DNA from: Nitrosomonadales bacterium
GTDB taxonomy: Bacteria > Pseudomonadota > Gammaproteobacteria > Burkholderiales > Gallionellaceae
DNA: 64,000 bases
Assembly (NCBI GenBank): GCA_947475825.1
Contig: CANJMS010000001.1
Coordinates: forward strand, 517 to 64,516
Direction of reading: 5' to 3'
In this document: positions 1-9,666 of the stretch, piece by piece
Layout: every line of letters starts with the position of its first letter
Numbering within the stretch: the stretch's first letter is position 1
The notes under the pieces: model-generated
The model's input: only the letters and a program-made list of their open reading frames with translations
The model's database searches: none
Told to the model about the DNA's origin: nothing
Translations under genes and position numbers: made by a program

Positions 1-101
1 AATTTATCTGGTGTATCAATCAATATCCGGTGCGGGTGAAAAAATAGATTCGTGCAACCTGACAGCAGTGCGGTGAGTAGGAGTAATTTTAGGGTGTGCA
101 T
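1..101 (-). CDS. Partial lipoprotein, N-terminus only; the gene runs off the left edge
   Basis: There is a reverse-strand ATG at 101. The translation MHTLKLLLLTALLSGCTNLFFHP... has a lipobox (LSGC). The start lies 14 nt after the stop of the 116..2059 gene on the same strand. Confidence 0.45.
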   Translation of the reverse strand, partial: MHTLKLLLLTALLSGCTNLFFHPHRILIDTPDK

Positions 102-115
102 GGTGATGCCCATCA

Positions 116-2059
116 TTAAAAGTAAAACAATATCGACAATAAGCCCGTATTGTCACTGCGTTTAAATTCGCGTTGACGTACCACATCCAGGCGCACAGCA
201 GTATTCGTGCTTAACGCAAGGCGTTGTTCCAAGCCCAGTATTTGCGCTGTATCGCGCTGCCCCAAGAGATACTGAGTGTTGCGTAAATAACTGTGCATAC
301 GCCAACGCGGTGTTAAATCAAACAGCCCGCCAATGCTCGCCCCCGCCCCCAGCGCGTAGCCTTTTTCAAGCGCGTGACTGTGTCGCGAGCTGCCATCTAA
401 CAGGACATACCACAATGCCGTATCTTGCTCGTTTGACCAAGCGCTTCCGGTGCCACCATCCAGCGCAAACGCCAGTGGCTCTTGGCCTGTACGGGCGCGT
501 GTCCGTTGCCATCCGGCAGCTATCTTCCATGACATGGACTGAAAAAATTCATCGCGTGGAGCCAGCGACAAAATGCTAACAGGCGTAAATTTTTCGACCC
601 GTGTTGTGCCGAGATCGTAATGGCGTAGTGCCAAGCTGAAAAATTCAACCTGTGCGCCGCGTGCATATCCGTCGTCGGCATCCATGATGTCATGATAGGT
701 GGCGCGCACTTTCAATTCTTGAAATGCTTGTTCATCCCTGCGCCCCGCACCGAGGGCAATACGCGATGAGCCATGTCCGCGATCTGGATGCGTTTTTGGA
801 GTGGGGATGTCGGGTGTCTGTGCGGCAACATCCAGGCGGTTGCGTGCAGTGAGCAATTCGTGCGTCAGTCCGGCAGGGTCGGCCACATCATTTTTGCCGA
901 GGGCGCGTCGGTAGCTGAGGTAATCCTGGCTGGCTTCGAGTACCGCCGCTACACGGTTAGCGGGCAGCTTGTGCAGTGTCGGATCGTCTACTGCGATGCG
1001 CTTGATGCTTATGCCCTTCACTAAATCGCGCTCTGCTTCGCTTAATTGTCGCAACCTGTGGCGCAGGACGGTGGCATTGGCTGGGCGAAACACAACTTGT
1101 TTGACCATATTCGGCTGCTTGGCGATTGCACCTACCGTGTCAGCGGGAATCGCCCACCAACGAAATTCGCTGGTCATATCCAATTCCGGGCGCGCAACCT
1201 GAAGCAAACCCAGCAAATGATAGGAGCAATTTTCGTCGAAGAAAAAATATTGGAAGTGATTAGCCCCCAGTTCCCAAGCGTGCCTCAAAACACGGTCAAT
1301 CTCTTCGGCATTGAGATTGAGTTGGTATTCCCATAGATCGCGATTCTCTAGCGCACTGTATTCGCGCACCTTGAGGTAATAGGGCATGTTTGAAAACACG
1401 CCAGGATAGCCGCCGAACAGGCCATTCACCGCAAAGGCGAGTCCGTTGCTTTCATCCGTGTTGGCCGCGAAGGTGATGGCGTAGGCCAACAATCTGGTCT
1501 GCTCATTTTGGTCTTTGGCATCCACTCTGATCAGCGGATGGCCGTACATTGAAGAAGGGCTATTGATGTAGGCCGAGGCAAAAATCAGCGTCAAGCTGTC
1601 GGGGTTTAACGCGGCGTGCCACTGTTGGTAACGCTTGCAGTCTTGGCGCGGCAAGCGTTGCGGATCGAAATCGAGCTGCTCATTGAGCCACGCATAGCGC
1701 GCCACAAAAGCACATTGTGGATTTTGCTGTGTACTACTTTCTGCCATGTCCGAATAAAAACTTGCCAGCGTCGCTTCGAGCTCTGCTTGAGGATTATTTT
1801 TGCCGTCAGGCGCGGTGTAAAACTGGGGACTATCGACCAAGCCATGCACACCCTGAGAAGTTAAACCAAGGGTAATAAGACCTAGGGTAATAAAATTAGG
1901 CACGTAATGTCCCAACTTCAGCCATTCCTGCCGTTCGGAGAGCTTGAGCTGTCGCGATTTTTCGACTAGTTCTGTGAGGTAGCTATGATCAGTTGCACCG
2001 AATGCGCGATGTTGCGGCAACCATAGCATCGCTAATATGATGAGGCATATCGAGCGCAT
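116..2059 (-). CDS. DUF4105 (Lnb N-terminal periplasmic domain)-type protein with signal peptide
   Basis: 647-aa ORF with signal peptide MRSICLIILAMLWLP...AFGA. The overall sequence is typical of DUF4105 proteins, which commonly neighbour DUF3015 genes. It contains an in-frame 15-nt tandem duplication (1866-1895, ITLGL x2). Confidence 0.65.
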   Translation of the reverse strand: MRSICLIILAMLWLPQHRAFGATDHSYLTELVEKSRQLKLSERQEWLKLGHYVPNFITLGLITLGLTSQGVHGLVDSPQFYTAPDGKNNPQAELEATLASFYSDMAESSTQQNPQCAFVARYAWLNEQLDFDPQRLPRQDCKRYQQWHAALNPDSLTLIFASAYINSPSSMYGHPLIRVDAKDQNEQTRLLAYAITFAANTDESNGLAFAVNGLFGGYPGVFSNMPYYLKVREYSALENRDLWEYQLNLNAEEIDRVLRHAWELGANHFQYFFFDENCSYHLLGLLQVARPELDMTSEFRWWAIPADTVGAIAKQPNMVKQVVFRPANATVLRHRLRQLSEAERDLVKGISIKRIAVDDPTLHKLPANRVAAVLEASQDYLSYRRALGKNDVADPAGLTHELLTARNRLDVAAQTPDIPTPKTHPDRGHGSSRIALGAGRRDEQAFQELKVRATYHDIMDADDGYARGAQVEFFSLALRHYDLGTTRVEKFTPVSILSLAPRDEFFQSMSWKIAAGWQRTRARTGQEPLAFALDGGTGSAWSNEQDTALWYVLLDGSSRHSHALEKGYALGAGASIGGLFDLTPRWRMHSYLRNTQYLLGQRDTAQILGLEQRLALSTNTAVRLDVVRQREFKRSDNTGLLSILFYF

Positions 2060-2092
2060 CTATTGAGTATTCTGTTTTATATTTTGAGTAAG

Positions 2093-2124
2093 AAAAAACC
2101 CAGTGGTGATGCCACTGGGTTTTT
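2093..2124 (-). terminator. Rho-independent, bidirectional-looking terminator after the DUF3015 gene
   Basis: The stem CCCAGTGG/CCACTGGG has a 5-nt loop and is flanked by an A-run and a T-run. Confidence 0.6.
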
Positions 2125-2140
2125 GTACCCTGCGTATGTA

Positions 2141-2632
2141 TTACAGCGCAGTTTGATAGCGAGCAAGTGTTGCATCTGCAGCCAATACTTCGCGCAAAGC
2201 GACGATAACTTGTTCAGTTGAGACGTTGTCACCGGTAAAAATACGTGCCATATTGTCTTTAGCCAAACGGTTGAAGGCGAGCTGGTCTTGAGCGGTCATA
2301 CCCATTAGATGGGATAGTGCAGCCAAAGTCTCACCACTGCCGACTGACATGTCGCGCGCCAATTGACCCTTGTTGCTATCAATGAACATCGCGGACTTCA
2401 TGTTCGAGTTCACCATGCCATCTTGTGTGCAGCCCAGCGTGCCGCTGGAAATGCCAAAAGTTTGATTGCCCAAAATGCTATTCGTGGTAATCGCCAACAC
2501 CTGTGGAGCAATGCCGGCTTGACCCTTAAACGCCATGGAGCCCAGGCCGCAACCGCCGACGTTATCATTTGCTGCCAATGCTACTGCTGGAAATGCAGCC
2601 ATCAAAGTTAATACTGTTACGAGCTTTTTCAT
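2141..2632 (-). CDS. DUF3015 family periplasmic protein
   Basis: MKKLVTVLTLMAAFPAVALAANDNVGGCGLGSMAF... shows a signal peptide plus the conserved GCGLGS start of DUF3015. I chose the internal ATG at 2632 over the ORF-track start at 2671. Confidence 0.7.
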   Translation of the reverse strand: MKKLVTVLTLMAAFPAVALAANDNVGGCGLGSMAFKGQAGIAPQVLAITTNSILGNQTFGISSGTLGCTQDGMVNSNMKSAMFIDSNKGQLARDMSVGSGETLAALSHLMGMTAQDQLAFNRLAKDNMARIFTGDNVSTEQVIVALREVLAADATLARYQTAL

Positions 2633-2940
2633 ATTTATTCCCCTATAGATTAAATTGACCTGATGAAACAACTAGCCATTCGACTAGGTTGTTAAAAGAC
2701 AACAACCAAGTCGCTGGTTATAAAGATTGCAAAGTAAAAAGACAACTGAAATTACGCCCCCCGAAACGTCCAGTGAACGTCTGTGTTATACTTGTATATC
2801 TTACAAGCTGTCAAATATGGCAAGCTGTCAAACATGTATTTCTATTGTTGCTGGCACAGATGCATAAACAGCGATTTTATCTTTAGAATTTAGATGCGCT
2901 TTAATAAACCCAAATAATCCATTGGAAATTTCAACACACT

Positions 2941-3040
2941 TCCCCCTTTGTAAAAGGGGGAGAGCTTGCGAGGGGGTGGAGGGTGATTTTTATATTTGTG
3001 CGATGTTCAAATCCCCCCATCCCCCCTTTTTCAAGGGGGG
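2941..3040. repeat. Compound C-run/G-run hairpin element
   Basis: TCCCCCTTTGTAAAAGGGGGAG and CCCCCCTTTTTCAAGGGGGG hairpins sit with extra C6 and G5 runs. On the reverse strand it reads PLEKGGMGG / PPFTKGE, like widespread small palindromic repeats. Confidence 0.5.
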
Positions 3041-3100
3041 TATGCTCCGTTATATTCAGACTTACGGCTAATGGATAATCTGGGCTAAAAGCAATAACCA

Positions 3101-3136
3101 ATAAAAAAGCAGGCTGCAAATACAAACAGCCTGCTT
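3101..3136 (-). terminator. Rho-independent terminator of the FecR-domain giant gene
   Basis: A 10-bp stem AAGCAGGCTG/CAGCCTGCTT is followed on the minus strand by TTTTTT. Confidence 0.65.
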
Positions 3137-3158
3137 GTTGCACCCAATAATGTTGAAT

Positions 3159-6100
3159 CTACGGAAGCGCACCTCTTTGTAACGCCAGCACCGGAAGTGC
3201 TCCTTCCTGAAACACTTGCACCGAGGCACTGGTGACGGGGACTGGTGCAGTTGCGCCAACTCCCGCATCAAAGGTTGAGATGGCCATGTTGATGGTGTTG
3301 CCTGCTAAGCCGCTAAAGTTACCTTGGATGTTGAGTTGGTCGATGGTGGCTACTTGATTTATAATTGGGCTGCAAGCCGAGCAAGTAGCCGTTACATCGT
3401 TGGGGAGAAAGGCTCCGATATGCGCACCAGCGCCATCAACAGATAGCGTGAGTGGTGTAGCGGTTAAAGTGTAGGCAACTCCTCCTACATTCCAATTGGC
3501 ATTCATCGATGCTGTTTGCGGTTGATTAAAATTCACATTCAAATTGCCACCACCAAAAGTGCCGACATTCCCCAGATGGTCGGTTGGTAACGTGCCGCCA
3601 GTGTGGTTAAAATTAAAAGTACCTGTTCTGGCAGCGATGACTTCCGGTAGCGTTAATGCTGCGGAGTAGGCGACATGAATGCCGGATGCAGGGGTAAAGG
3701 GTGTTGCTGGCAGGTTGGGATTGGCCAAGATGTTGCCAGTAATCTGGCCGCCACTCCAACGGCCATAACCATCTCCGGCGGGACCTACTGTGCCGTCAGA
3801 TACTACGTTGTTGGTCAGTGTGCTGACACTGTCTACGTTTAAGTGAGTGGCACTGTCCTGAAACAGGGTGTTATAGGCGATTAAGTTGCCTGCACTATCC
3901 AGTGTTTTGTCAGTGGGCAAGATAAAAAGCGGATTGTCGGTGTTGGCAAAAGTTGTTAGCCCAGTGCCACCCGCATACGCTACCACCGCGCCTGCTGGCG
4001 TGATACCGGCAGTGCTGCCGCAATTCGCGCAGCTATAAATTTGTGCGGAAGCGGTGCTGCCAGCGATGGATTGTGTGGCAATGGATAACGCGGCATAGTT
4101 GCCATTCGCTCCGGCAAACGCGCCAGTAACTTGGGTGCTAGCTGCCCCGCCATTAGGACAAGCCGCCCCACCAGAACATGTTCCGTCAATACTAGTCCCG
4201 TTGATAATGACAACGCCCCGTTGTGCATCGGGAGCTAGCGTGATATCCACACTGTTAATGTTGTGGGTTGTGCCATTGATAGTCCAATTCATCGGGCTCA
4301 TCACGCCATCGTTGGTTTGAAAATTCACAAACATCGAGCCAAAAGAGGATACACCGGCGATAAGGCCTAGGTCGTCAGTGGGTGTAGTGCCAGCCAGATG
4401 GGTGAAATTGAAAATGCCATGACGAGCTGCCACCACCGACGGCGTGGTCAGATCAAAACCATAAATGTAATGCACGCCCGTACCTGCGGTAAGGAAGCCG
4501 TCAATATTCAGTGCCCCATTGACCCATCGTCCCCAGTGCGCGTTAATGGCGGCAAGGCCGCCGACCATGTCGGTGACAGCAGTAAATGACAAAAGATTTG
4601 TTTCCACGCCACTTGCAAGGATGCCACCACCCGCTGTGGGATCTGCGGTAAATGACAGTAGTTTTTCTGTCGCCCCCAATCCTGAAACGATAGTGGTCGC
4701 CAAACCACCCGCTACACCAAAATTTGAAGCGTTGATGACTGGGCGGAATGTTTGAGTGGCTGTGGGCTCGCGCAAAAAGCCTTCTACGCCGATGATTTGG
4801 TCAGCGGCGCCACCATCCAAGGAATAATGCAAACCTATGCCTTGCGCGAATGCCCCGGTGAATATGCCACTTGAATTGAAGACGTAGCTTGTTGCGCATG
4901 TGATAGTGCCAGAGGTACAAGTTGCTGTGCCAAAGTCGCTAAACGCACCAGCAGTAATCGCAACCGGGGTGATTGTATTGTAGGTAAAACTGCGGTTACT
5001 CATACCCACAGTCAAGTTGTTGAGCGAGACCAGTTGCTTGAGGAAATCTACGCTGATGTCACCGCCCGTTATTTCTGTTATTTTCCCCGTTTGCCCGGCG
5101 CGATCTACCGCAATGCCGCCGATTGGCTTGTAAATACCGACGAGGTTGTTCGGCAGAACAGGGGCGGCATCACCATATAGATAGACGAAGGAATCTAATG
5201 GATTAGTGAAAGTGCCGTTAATACTGGTTGATTGATCCGTGATGCCATTGCCTATCCAAGCACCCCAAGCAAGATTACCTGCTATAGCATGGCGACCCGT
5301 GCCGAAATTGCCGGCGAGGCCTATGTCCAGGATGCGTTGTTGCGCGACACCTTCCTGCTCCACCCTGACTAGCTCGCCGGTTGGTTTGAGGGGCAGTTCA
5401 TCGTTCTTTGAAATCAGTCCGGTTGAAAATGAGCCGCCAGTTAAGAGTCCCGCTATATGCCCCACCTTACCTGTTACCTCGACGGAGCCGCGTTGCAGTG
5501 GCGGCGGGGGTAAGTTACGACAATCGCCTGTGGTACAGTTGGGGTCATTTACTGTCACTTTGGACTCAAAAGTTCTGGAAATCATGTTTGGGCGGGGATC
5601 ATGGTCTGAGCCGCCCTTAGCGTTATCTCGCCCCTGGTCTTCGCCAGCCTCGCGGCCAGCTTTTTCATTCCGTCCTTCATCGTCTTTGCCGGACTTTCCA
5701 TTTGCAACCTGTCCACGTCCTTTTAAATTATCAGCGACGAAAGAGGGTGGCACCAGTAACATTTCAGGAGAAGATTTTTCATCTTTCACATAAAAGTGCT
5801 CGTCTCTGCTGAACTCATTTTCGCCGGAGAGGTTGTTAATGACGATACGACTGTCTTTGTCGGATGCGCTCAACACGCTGCCATATACGCCATCTTTGGC
5901 ATTTGAGCCATCCGGGTTTTTACAATCGTCTTCGCATACACGCACCGCGTAGTGGGTGCCGCGTATGCCGATAGTGGCGGCAGCCGTTTTAACCGAGTAA
6001 CTTTTTTGATTGGATTTACCGATCAGGCCGGTAATGGTGCGAAAGCCGCCTTTGATGAGATTAAAAATGGCTGTTTGTGTGCCACCTTTTTCTTTGGCGT

Positions 6101-6431
6101 AGGCATATTGTTCCAGTTTGAACGTGCTTTTCTCGCGCAAGGCAACAATGCTCTGGTCGGTAAAGCGTACTTGCAGCGTGCCTGCTGCACCGGTGCGTAG
6201 CGTGTCTTTGTCTTCAATTTGCGAGCCGAAGCGCAGCCGTACTTCTTGTCCATTGCGTATTGCAACAGAATCCCCGACTGAGACCAGTACGCGTCCGGCT
6301 ACTGCGGCATACGCAGGCGTGGCTGAAATGTTTAGCAAAATCAGCAGAGCGGCTATCGGGGTACGTGAAATAAAAGTTGTTTTCGTGATGATCTTTTTCA
6401 TGCCAAATTTTTTCGTGCCAATATTTTTCAT
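3159..6431 (-). CDS. Giant secreted FecR-domain protein with three TbpB-barrel-like C-terminal repeat modules
   Basis: 1090-aa ORF with a Sec signal (...ATPAYA-AV, no lipobox). It has a FecR-like N-domain (GRVLVSVGDSVAIRNG...GIRGTHYAV), a charged linker, then three degenerate Gly/Thr/Ala/Asn-rich repeats. An alternative start is at 6401. Confidence 0.75.
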   Translation of the reverse strand: MKNIGTKKFGMKKIITKTTFISRTPIAALLILLNISATPAYAAVAGRVLVSVGDSVAIRNGQEVRLRFGSQIEDKDTLRTGAAGTLQVRFTDQSIVALREKSTFKLEQYAYAKEKGGTQTAIFNLIKGGFRTITGLIGKSNQKSYSVKTAAATIGIRGTHYAVRVCEDDCKNPDGSNAKDGVYGSVLSASDKDSRIVINNLSGENEFSRDEHFYVKDEKSSPEMLLVPPSFVADNLKGRGQVANGKSGKDDEGRNEKAGREAGEDQGRDNAKGGSDHDPRPNMISRTFESKVTVNDPNCTTGDCRNLPPPPLQRGSVEVTGKVGHIAGLLTGGSFSTGLISKNDELPLKPTGELVRVEQEGVAQQRILDIGLAGNFGTGRHAIAGNLAWGAWIGNGITDQSTSINGTFTNPLDSFVYLYGDAAPVLPNNLVGIYKPIGGIAVDRAGQTGKITEITGGDISVDFLKQLVSLNNLTVGMSNRSFTYNTITPVAITAGAFSDFGTATCTSGTITCATSYVFNSSGIFTGAFAQGIGLHYSLDGGAADQIIGVEGFLREPTATQTFRPVINASNFGVAGGLATTIVSGLGATEKLLSFTADPTAGGGILASGVETNLLSFTAVTDMVGGLAAINAHWGRWVNGALNIDGFLTAGTGVHYIYGFDLTTPSVVAARHGIFNFTHLAGTTPTDDLGLIAGVSSFGSMFVNFQTNDGVMSPMNWTINGTTHNINSVDITLAPDAQRGVVIINGTSIDGTCSGGAACPNGGAASTQVTGAFAGANGNYAALSIATQSIAGSTASAQIYSCANCGSTAGITPAGAVVAYAGGTGLTTFANTDNPLFILPTDKTLDSAGNLIAYNTLFQDSATHLNVDSVSTLTNNVVSDGTVGPAGDGYGRWSGGQITGNILANPNLPATPFTPASGIHVAYSAALTLPEVIAARTGTFNFNHTGGTLPTDHLGNVGTFGGGNLNVNFNQPQTASMNANWNVGGVAYTLTATPLTLSVDGAGAHIGAFLPNDVTATCSACSPIINQVATIDQLNIQGNFSGLAGNTINMAISTFDAGVGATAPVPVTSASVQVFQEGALPVLALQRGALP

Positions 6432-6440
6432 GTTAGGCTC

Positions 6441-7979
6441 CTATTGGAATTCGTAACGGACTTTGAAGGTGAGACTTTCACGCTGATACGCGTTTAGCGG
6501 GTTGTTGGAAGCGTTGTTGGCCACCAATAATTCGCTTTTGACTACTAAATTTTTGGCGATGGCGTAGCTGAGTGCGGCATCGAATGATAAAAAATGATCC
6601 TCGCGCTTGATGAGCAAAATATCCGCGCCCTGATATGCACTGTTTTGGTAACTGATGCCTGAGTTGAGCGACCATTGGGGGGCAGGAGTCAGGCTGACGC
6701 CAAGGCGCAAGCCATAAATATTACGGCTGAGGTCGTTGCGTACTGCACCTAGCGGGTTGTTGTTATCCTCATCTGCCAGGGTAAATGTACCTTGTAACAG
6801 CGGTTGGAAATTGCTGATAAACGCTTTGCGATAACCCAGGCTGAGTGCCGTATAGTTGGAGTTGCGTACTTGATTGGCTTCAGCGTATTGTAATTGTGCA
6901 TATTGCGCGCCGACATTGAGTGCTTGCAATTCGTCCAGTTGATAATTCCACTCGCCTCCCGCGCCAATGACATCTCGAAAATGATTGTCATCAACTTTCG
7001 TTGTGGCGTAGGTCATGCTGCCGCGAAAGAGGCTTTTCTCCATCAAATAAGAGAGCCCGCCCGAGCCTGCCATGTTGAGTTGGTTGAATAGGTCTTCTTT
7101 AAAATACATGCGGGTGTCGATATTAGCCGCGCCAAACAACGACATGCCAGGTGCCAGCGGGTGAGTGACTTGTCCGCCAGCAGCCAAATGGCTAAAGCCG
7201 TCGTCAGTTTTAACGCCCGAGGTGAGTTTGGTAAATCCAAACACGGGCAATACCATTTCCGCATTGTTCACGCCGCCGTTCACGTTGGTGTCGTAGCCCA
7301 ACCCCGCTTCCACATAAGCGCCAGCCGTAGTTTTGAAGCGTGATTCGCGCGAGCGAATGGCATCCATAAAGCGCGTGACGTTAGCCTGCACAGTGGGCGG
7401 GGGATTGGTTTTGAGAATGGCGTTAAATTCTTCCCGTGCGCGATTATCCTCACCCAAAATGAAGTAGCCGCGTGCTAATTCCAGGCGGGCATGGGTGCTG
7501 TCGGGAAAATTGAGAACGTATCTTTCCAGAGCTAACACGCCTTCGGCCGCGTGGCCGGAATCCAGCGCCGCGACACCAAAATAAAAATCAAAGGCCGGAT
7601 CGCCGAATTCATCGGCAAACTGCAGTCCCAATGCGTAGGCTTCGGCGGCTTTGCCTTGTCCGAGTAACGTTTTCATTCTATCCGCTGTGGTTATTTTGCC
7701 AGCTGGTAGAGTCCCAGTGAATGGCGTAGGCGTGCTGGATGGTGTAATTATACTGGGCGGGGTTTTCGGTTCAGGCGTGGCGGCAAGGGCACTATTCGAT
7801 AACAGGAATGCTGAAGTTGATGCAAGCAGAAATAATGTTATCTGTGATGTTATTCGGAGCTTTTGTCTCTGAAACGTTGTTTGCCAGGGAAATGTGCTGG
7901 ACATAGACGGTACTTTCAGCATGACGTTAACTTTCTGTGAATTGAGTTGTGTCAGAAGTATAGTAGCAGTTATTTTCAT
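6441..7979 (-). CDS. TPR-like N-domain plus C-terminal outer-membrane beta-barrel protein (Slam/DUF560-like)
   Basis: The protein has a signal peptide (...LLSNSALA-A) and a TPR-like helical region (AEAYALGLQFADEFGDP...NRAREEFNAILKTNP). A beta-strand-rich C-terminus starts at AGLGYDTNVNGG and ends VRYEFQ. The gene lies 9 nt upstream of the FecR gene. The start codon is uncertain (several in-frame Met). Confidence 0.65.
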   Translation of the reverse strand: MKITATILLTQLNSQKVNVMLKVPSMSSTFPWQTTFQRQKLRITSQITLFLLASTSAFLLSNSALAATPEPKTPPSIITPSSTPTPFTGTLPAGKITTADRMKTLLGQGKAAEAYALGLQFADEFGDPAFDFYFGVAALDSGHAAEGVLALERYVLNFPDSTHARLELARGYFILGEDNRAREEFNAILKTNPPPTVQANVTRFMDAIRSRESRFKTTAGAYVEAGLGYDTNVNGGVNNAEMVLPVFGFTKLTSGVKTDDGFSHLAAGGQVTHPLAPGMSLFGAANIDTRMYFKEDLFNQLNMAGSGGLSYLMEKSLFRGSMTYATTKVDDNHFRDVIGAGGEWNYQLDELQALNVGAQYAQLQYAEANQVRNSNYTALSLGYRKAFISNFQPLLQGTFTLADEDNNNPLGAVRNDLSRNIYGLRLGVSLTPAPQWSLNSGISYQNSAYQGADILLIKREDHFLSFDAALSYAIAKNLVVKSELLVANNASNNPLNAYQRESLTFKVRYEFQ

Positions 7980-8028
7980 AGCGATGTTTGGCCTCTTGTT
8001 GCTTGACAGTTACATGGTCACCGGAGAG

Positions 8029-8832
8029 TTATTTGCATGTTTTTAGCTGGTCAGTAAGGTGCGGCGCGATGACTTGTAACATTTGGGAAAATATTTTAGG
8101 GTTGCCCGCGCAGATGTGTCCTGATTTTAAGTAACTGCCATTGCCTTGTAAATCACCTACCAATCCGCCCGCTTCGGTGATGAGCAAGCAACCGGCAGCG
8201 ATGTCCCACGGTTTTAAGCCTGTTTCAAAAAATCCATCATAGCGTCCAGCGGCGGTGTAAGCCAGATCCAGTGCGGCCGAGCCGGGGCGACGCAGGCCGG
8301 AGGTTTTTTTCATCATGTCGCGCAGGATGCCCATGTAGGCATCCATGTGCTCAAAGTTGGTATAAGGGAAGCCCGTGCCGATCAGGCAATCTGATAATTC
8401 AGTGCGTTTGCTGACGCGCAGGCGGTGATCGTTCAGGTATGCCCCGCGCCCGCGCGAGGCAGTAAATAAATCATTTTTGGTGGGATCGTAGATGACCGCT
8501 TGGGTCAGTACATTGTTGTGCAGCAGGGCGATGGACACGGCGTATTGCTGGAAGCCATGCAGAAAATTAGTGGTGCCATCGAGCGGGTCGATGATCCAGA
8601 CATATTCCGAGTTACCTTGAGCGCCGCTCTCTTCTGCTAGAATTGCGTGGCTGGGGTAGGCATCCAGCAAAGTGGTGATGATGGCTTGTTCAGCGGTGCG
8701 ATCAACTTCGCTGACGTAATCGGAATGTGATTTTTTAGTCACCGTGAGATGGTCGAGATTATCAGCGGCACGATGGATTAAGTTACCAGCACGACGAGCG
8801 GCTTTCACCGCGATGGTTAGCATGGGATGCAT
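8029..8832 (-). CDS. suhB: Inositol monophosphatase SuhB
   Basis: [19 protein letters not shown]...ILAEESG...[12 protein letters not shown] motifs. Confidence 0.9.
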   Translation of the reverse strand: MHPMLTIAVKAARRAGNLIHRAADNLDHLTVTKKSHSDYVSEVDRTAEQAIITTLLDAYPSHAILAEESGAQGNSEYVWIIDPLDGTTNFLHGFQQYAVSIALLHNNVLTQAVIYDPTKNDLFTASRGRGAYLNDHRLRVSKRTELSDCLIGTGFPYTNFEHMDAYMGILRDMMKKTSGLRRPGSAALDLAYTAAGRYDGFFETGLKPWDIAAGCLLITEAGGLVGDLQGNGSYLKSGHICAGNPKIFSQMLQVIAPHLTDQLKTCK

Positions 8833-8854
8833 AGGGAGTCTTTATTAATATTTA

Positions 8855-9664
8855 ATGAGCAGTCGGATTATTCCGAAGGCGCATTTTAGTGCGAAAAACG
8901 TTTTGGATAAACTAATCAATTTAAATAATGTGCGTGTGGTGCTCAGCCACACCACCCATCCGGGCAATATTGGTGCGGCTGCGCGAGCAATGAAGACCAT
9001 GGGGTTGGCGCACCTATATTTAATCAATCCGCAGCGTTTTCCGGATCGTCAGGCCGAAGCGATGGCGGCAGGGGCGGATGATGTGTTGCAAAGTGCGGTG
9101 ATATGTAGTTCGCTGGATGAGGCATTGCACGGCGCAGTGCTGGTGGCAGGCATGTCCGCGCGGGTGCGCGATATTTCGCAGGAAGTGTTTGCGCCGCGTG
9201 TGGCGATGTCAATGGTGATGGAGCAGGCGGCAGCACATCCGGTGGCATTATTGTTTGGCACAGAAATGTCGGGATTGACCAATGACGAAATGGCGCGCTG
9301 TCAGTTTATGGTGTGCATTCCGGCGAACCCGGAATACTCCTCACTGAATCTGGCGGCAGCAGTGCAGGTGATGGGCTATGAGCTGCGGTTGGCGGCAATT
9401 CAGGGCGCAGTTGAACCGGGTCAGCGCGCAGCGCCAGAATTAGTGCCCGCGCCCGCCGAGCAGGTAGAGCGGTACTTTAAACATTTAGAAGAGACATTGA
9501 CTGGGATCGGATTTTTGCGCGACAAACAATCCACCAAGTTGATGTATAAGTTGCATAGACTGTATGCCCGCGCGCGTCTGGAGCAGGAAGAGATCAATAT
9601 TTTGCGGGGTATTCTGACGTTGACGACGCAATATCACGGTAAATTAAAGCAGAAAAGTGAATAA
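8855..9664 (+). CDS. trmJ: tRNA (cytidine/uridine-2'-O)-methyltransferase TrmJ
   Basis: SpoU-type motif [26 protein letters not shown]. The true start may be the TTG near 8903, because only 22 nt separate this start from the divergent suhB. Confidence 0.85.
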   Translation: MSSRIIPKAHFSAKNVLDKLINLNNVRVVLSHTTHPGNIGAAARAMKTMGLAHLYLINPQRFPDRQAEAMAAGADDVLQSAVICSSLDEALHGAVLVAGMSARVRDISQEVFAPRVAMSMVMEQAAAHPVALLFGTEMSGLTNDEMARCQFMVCIPANPEYSSLNLAAAVQVMGYELRLAAIQGAVEPGQRAAPELVPAPAEQVERYFKHLEETLTGIGFLRDKQSTKLMYKLHRLYARARLEQEEINILRGILTLTTQYHGKLKQKSE

Positions 9665-9666
9665 AC

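Noticed and set aside
3980-6456. Many 60-185-aa ORFs on both strands overlap the 1090-aa FecR-domain gene, for example 5239..5793(+) and 6118..6456(+).
   Set aside because: They lie entirely within a long ORF whose translation shows recognisable domains. Their own translations are low-complexity (Pro/Ser/Arg-rich). They look like shadow ORFs of a compositionally biased gene.
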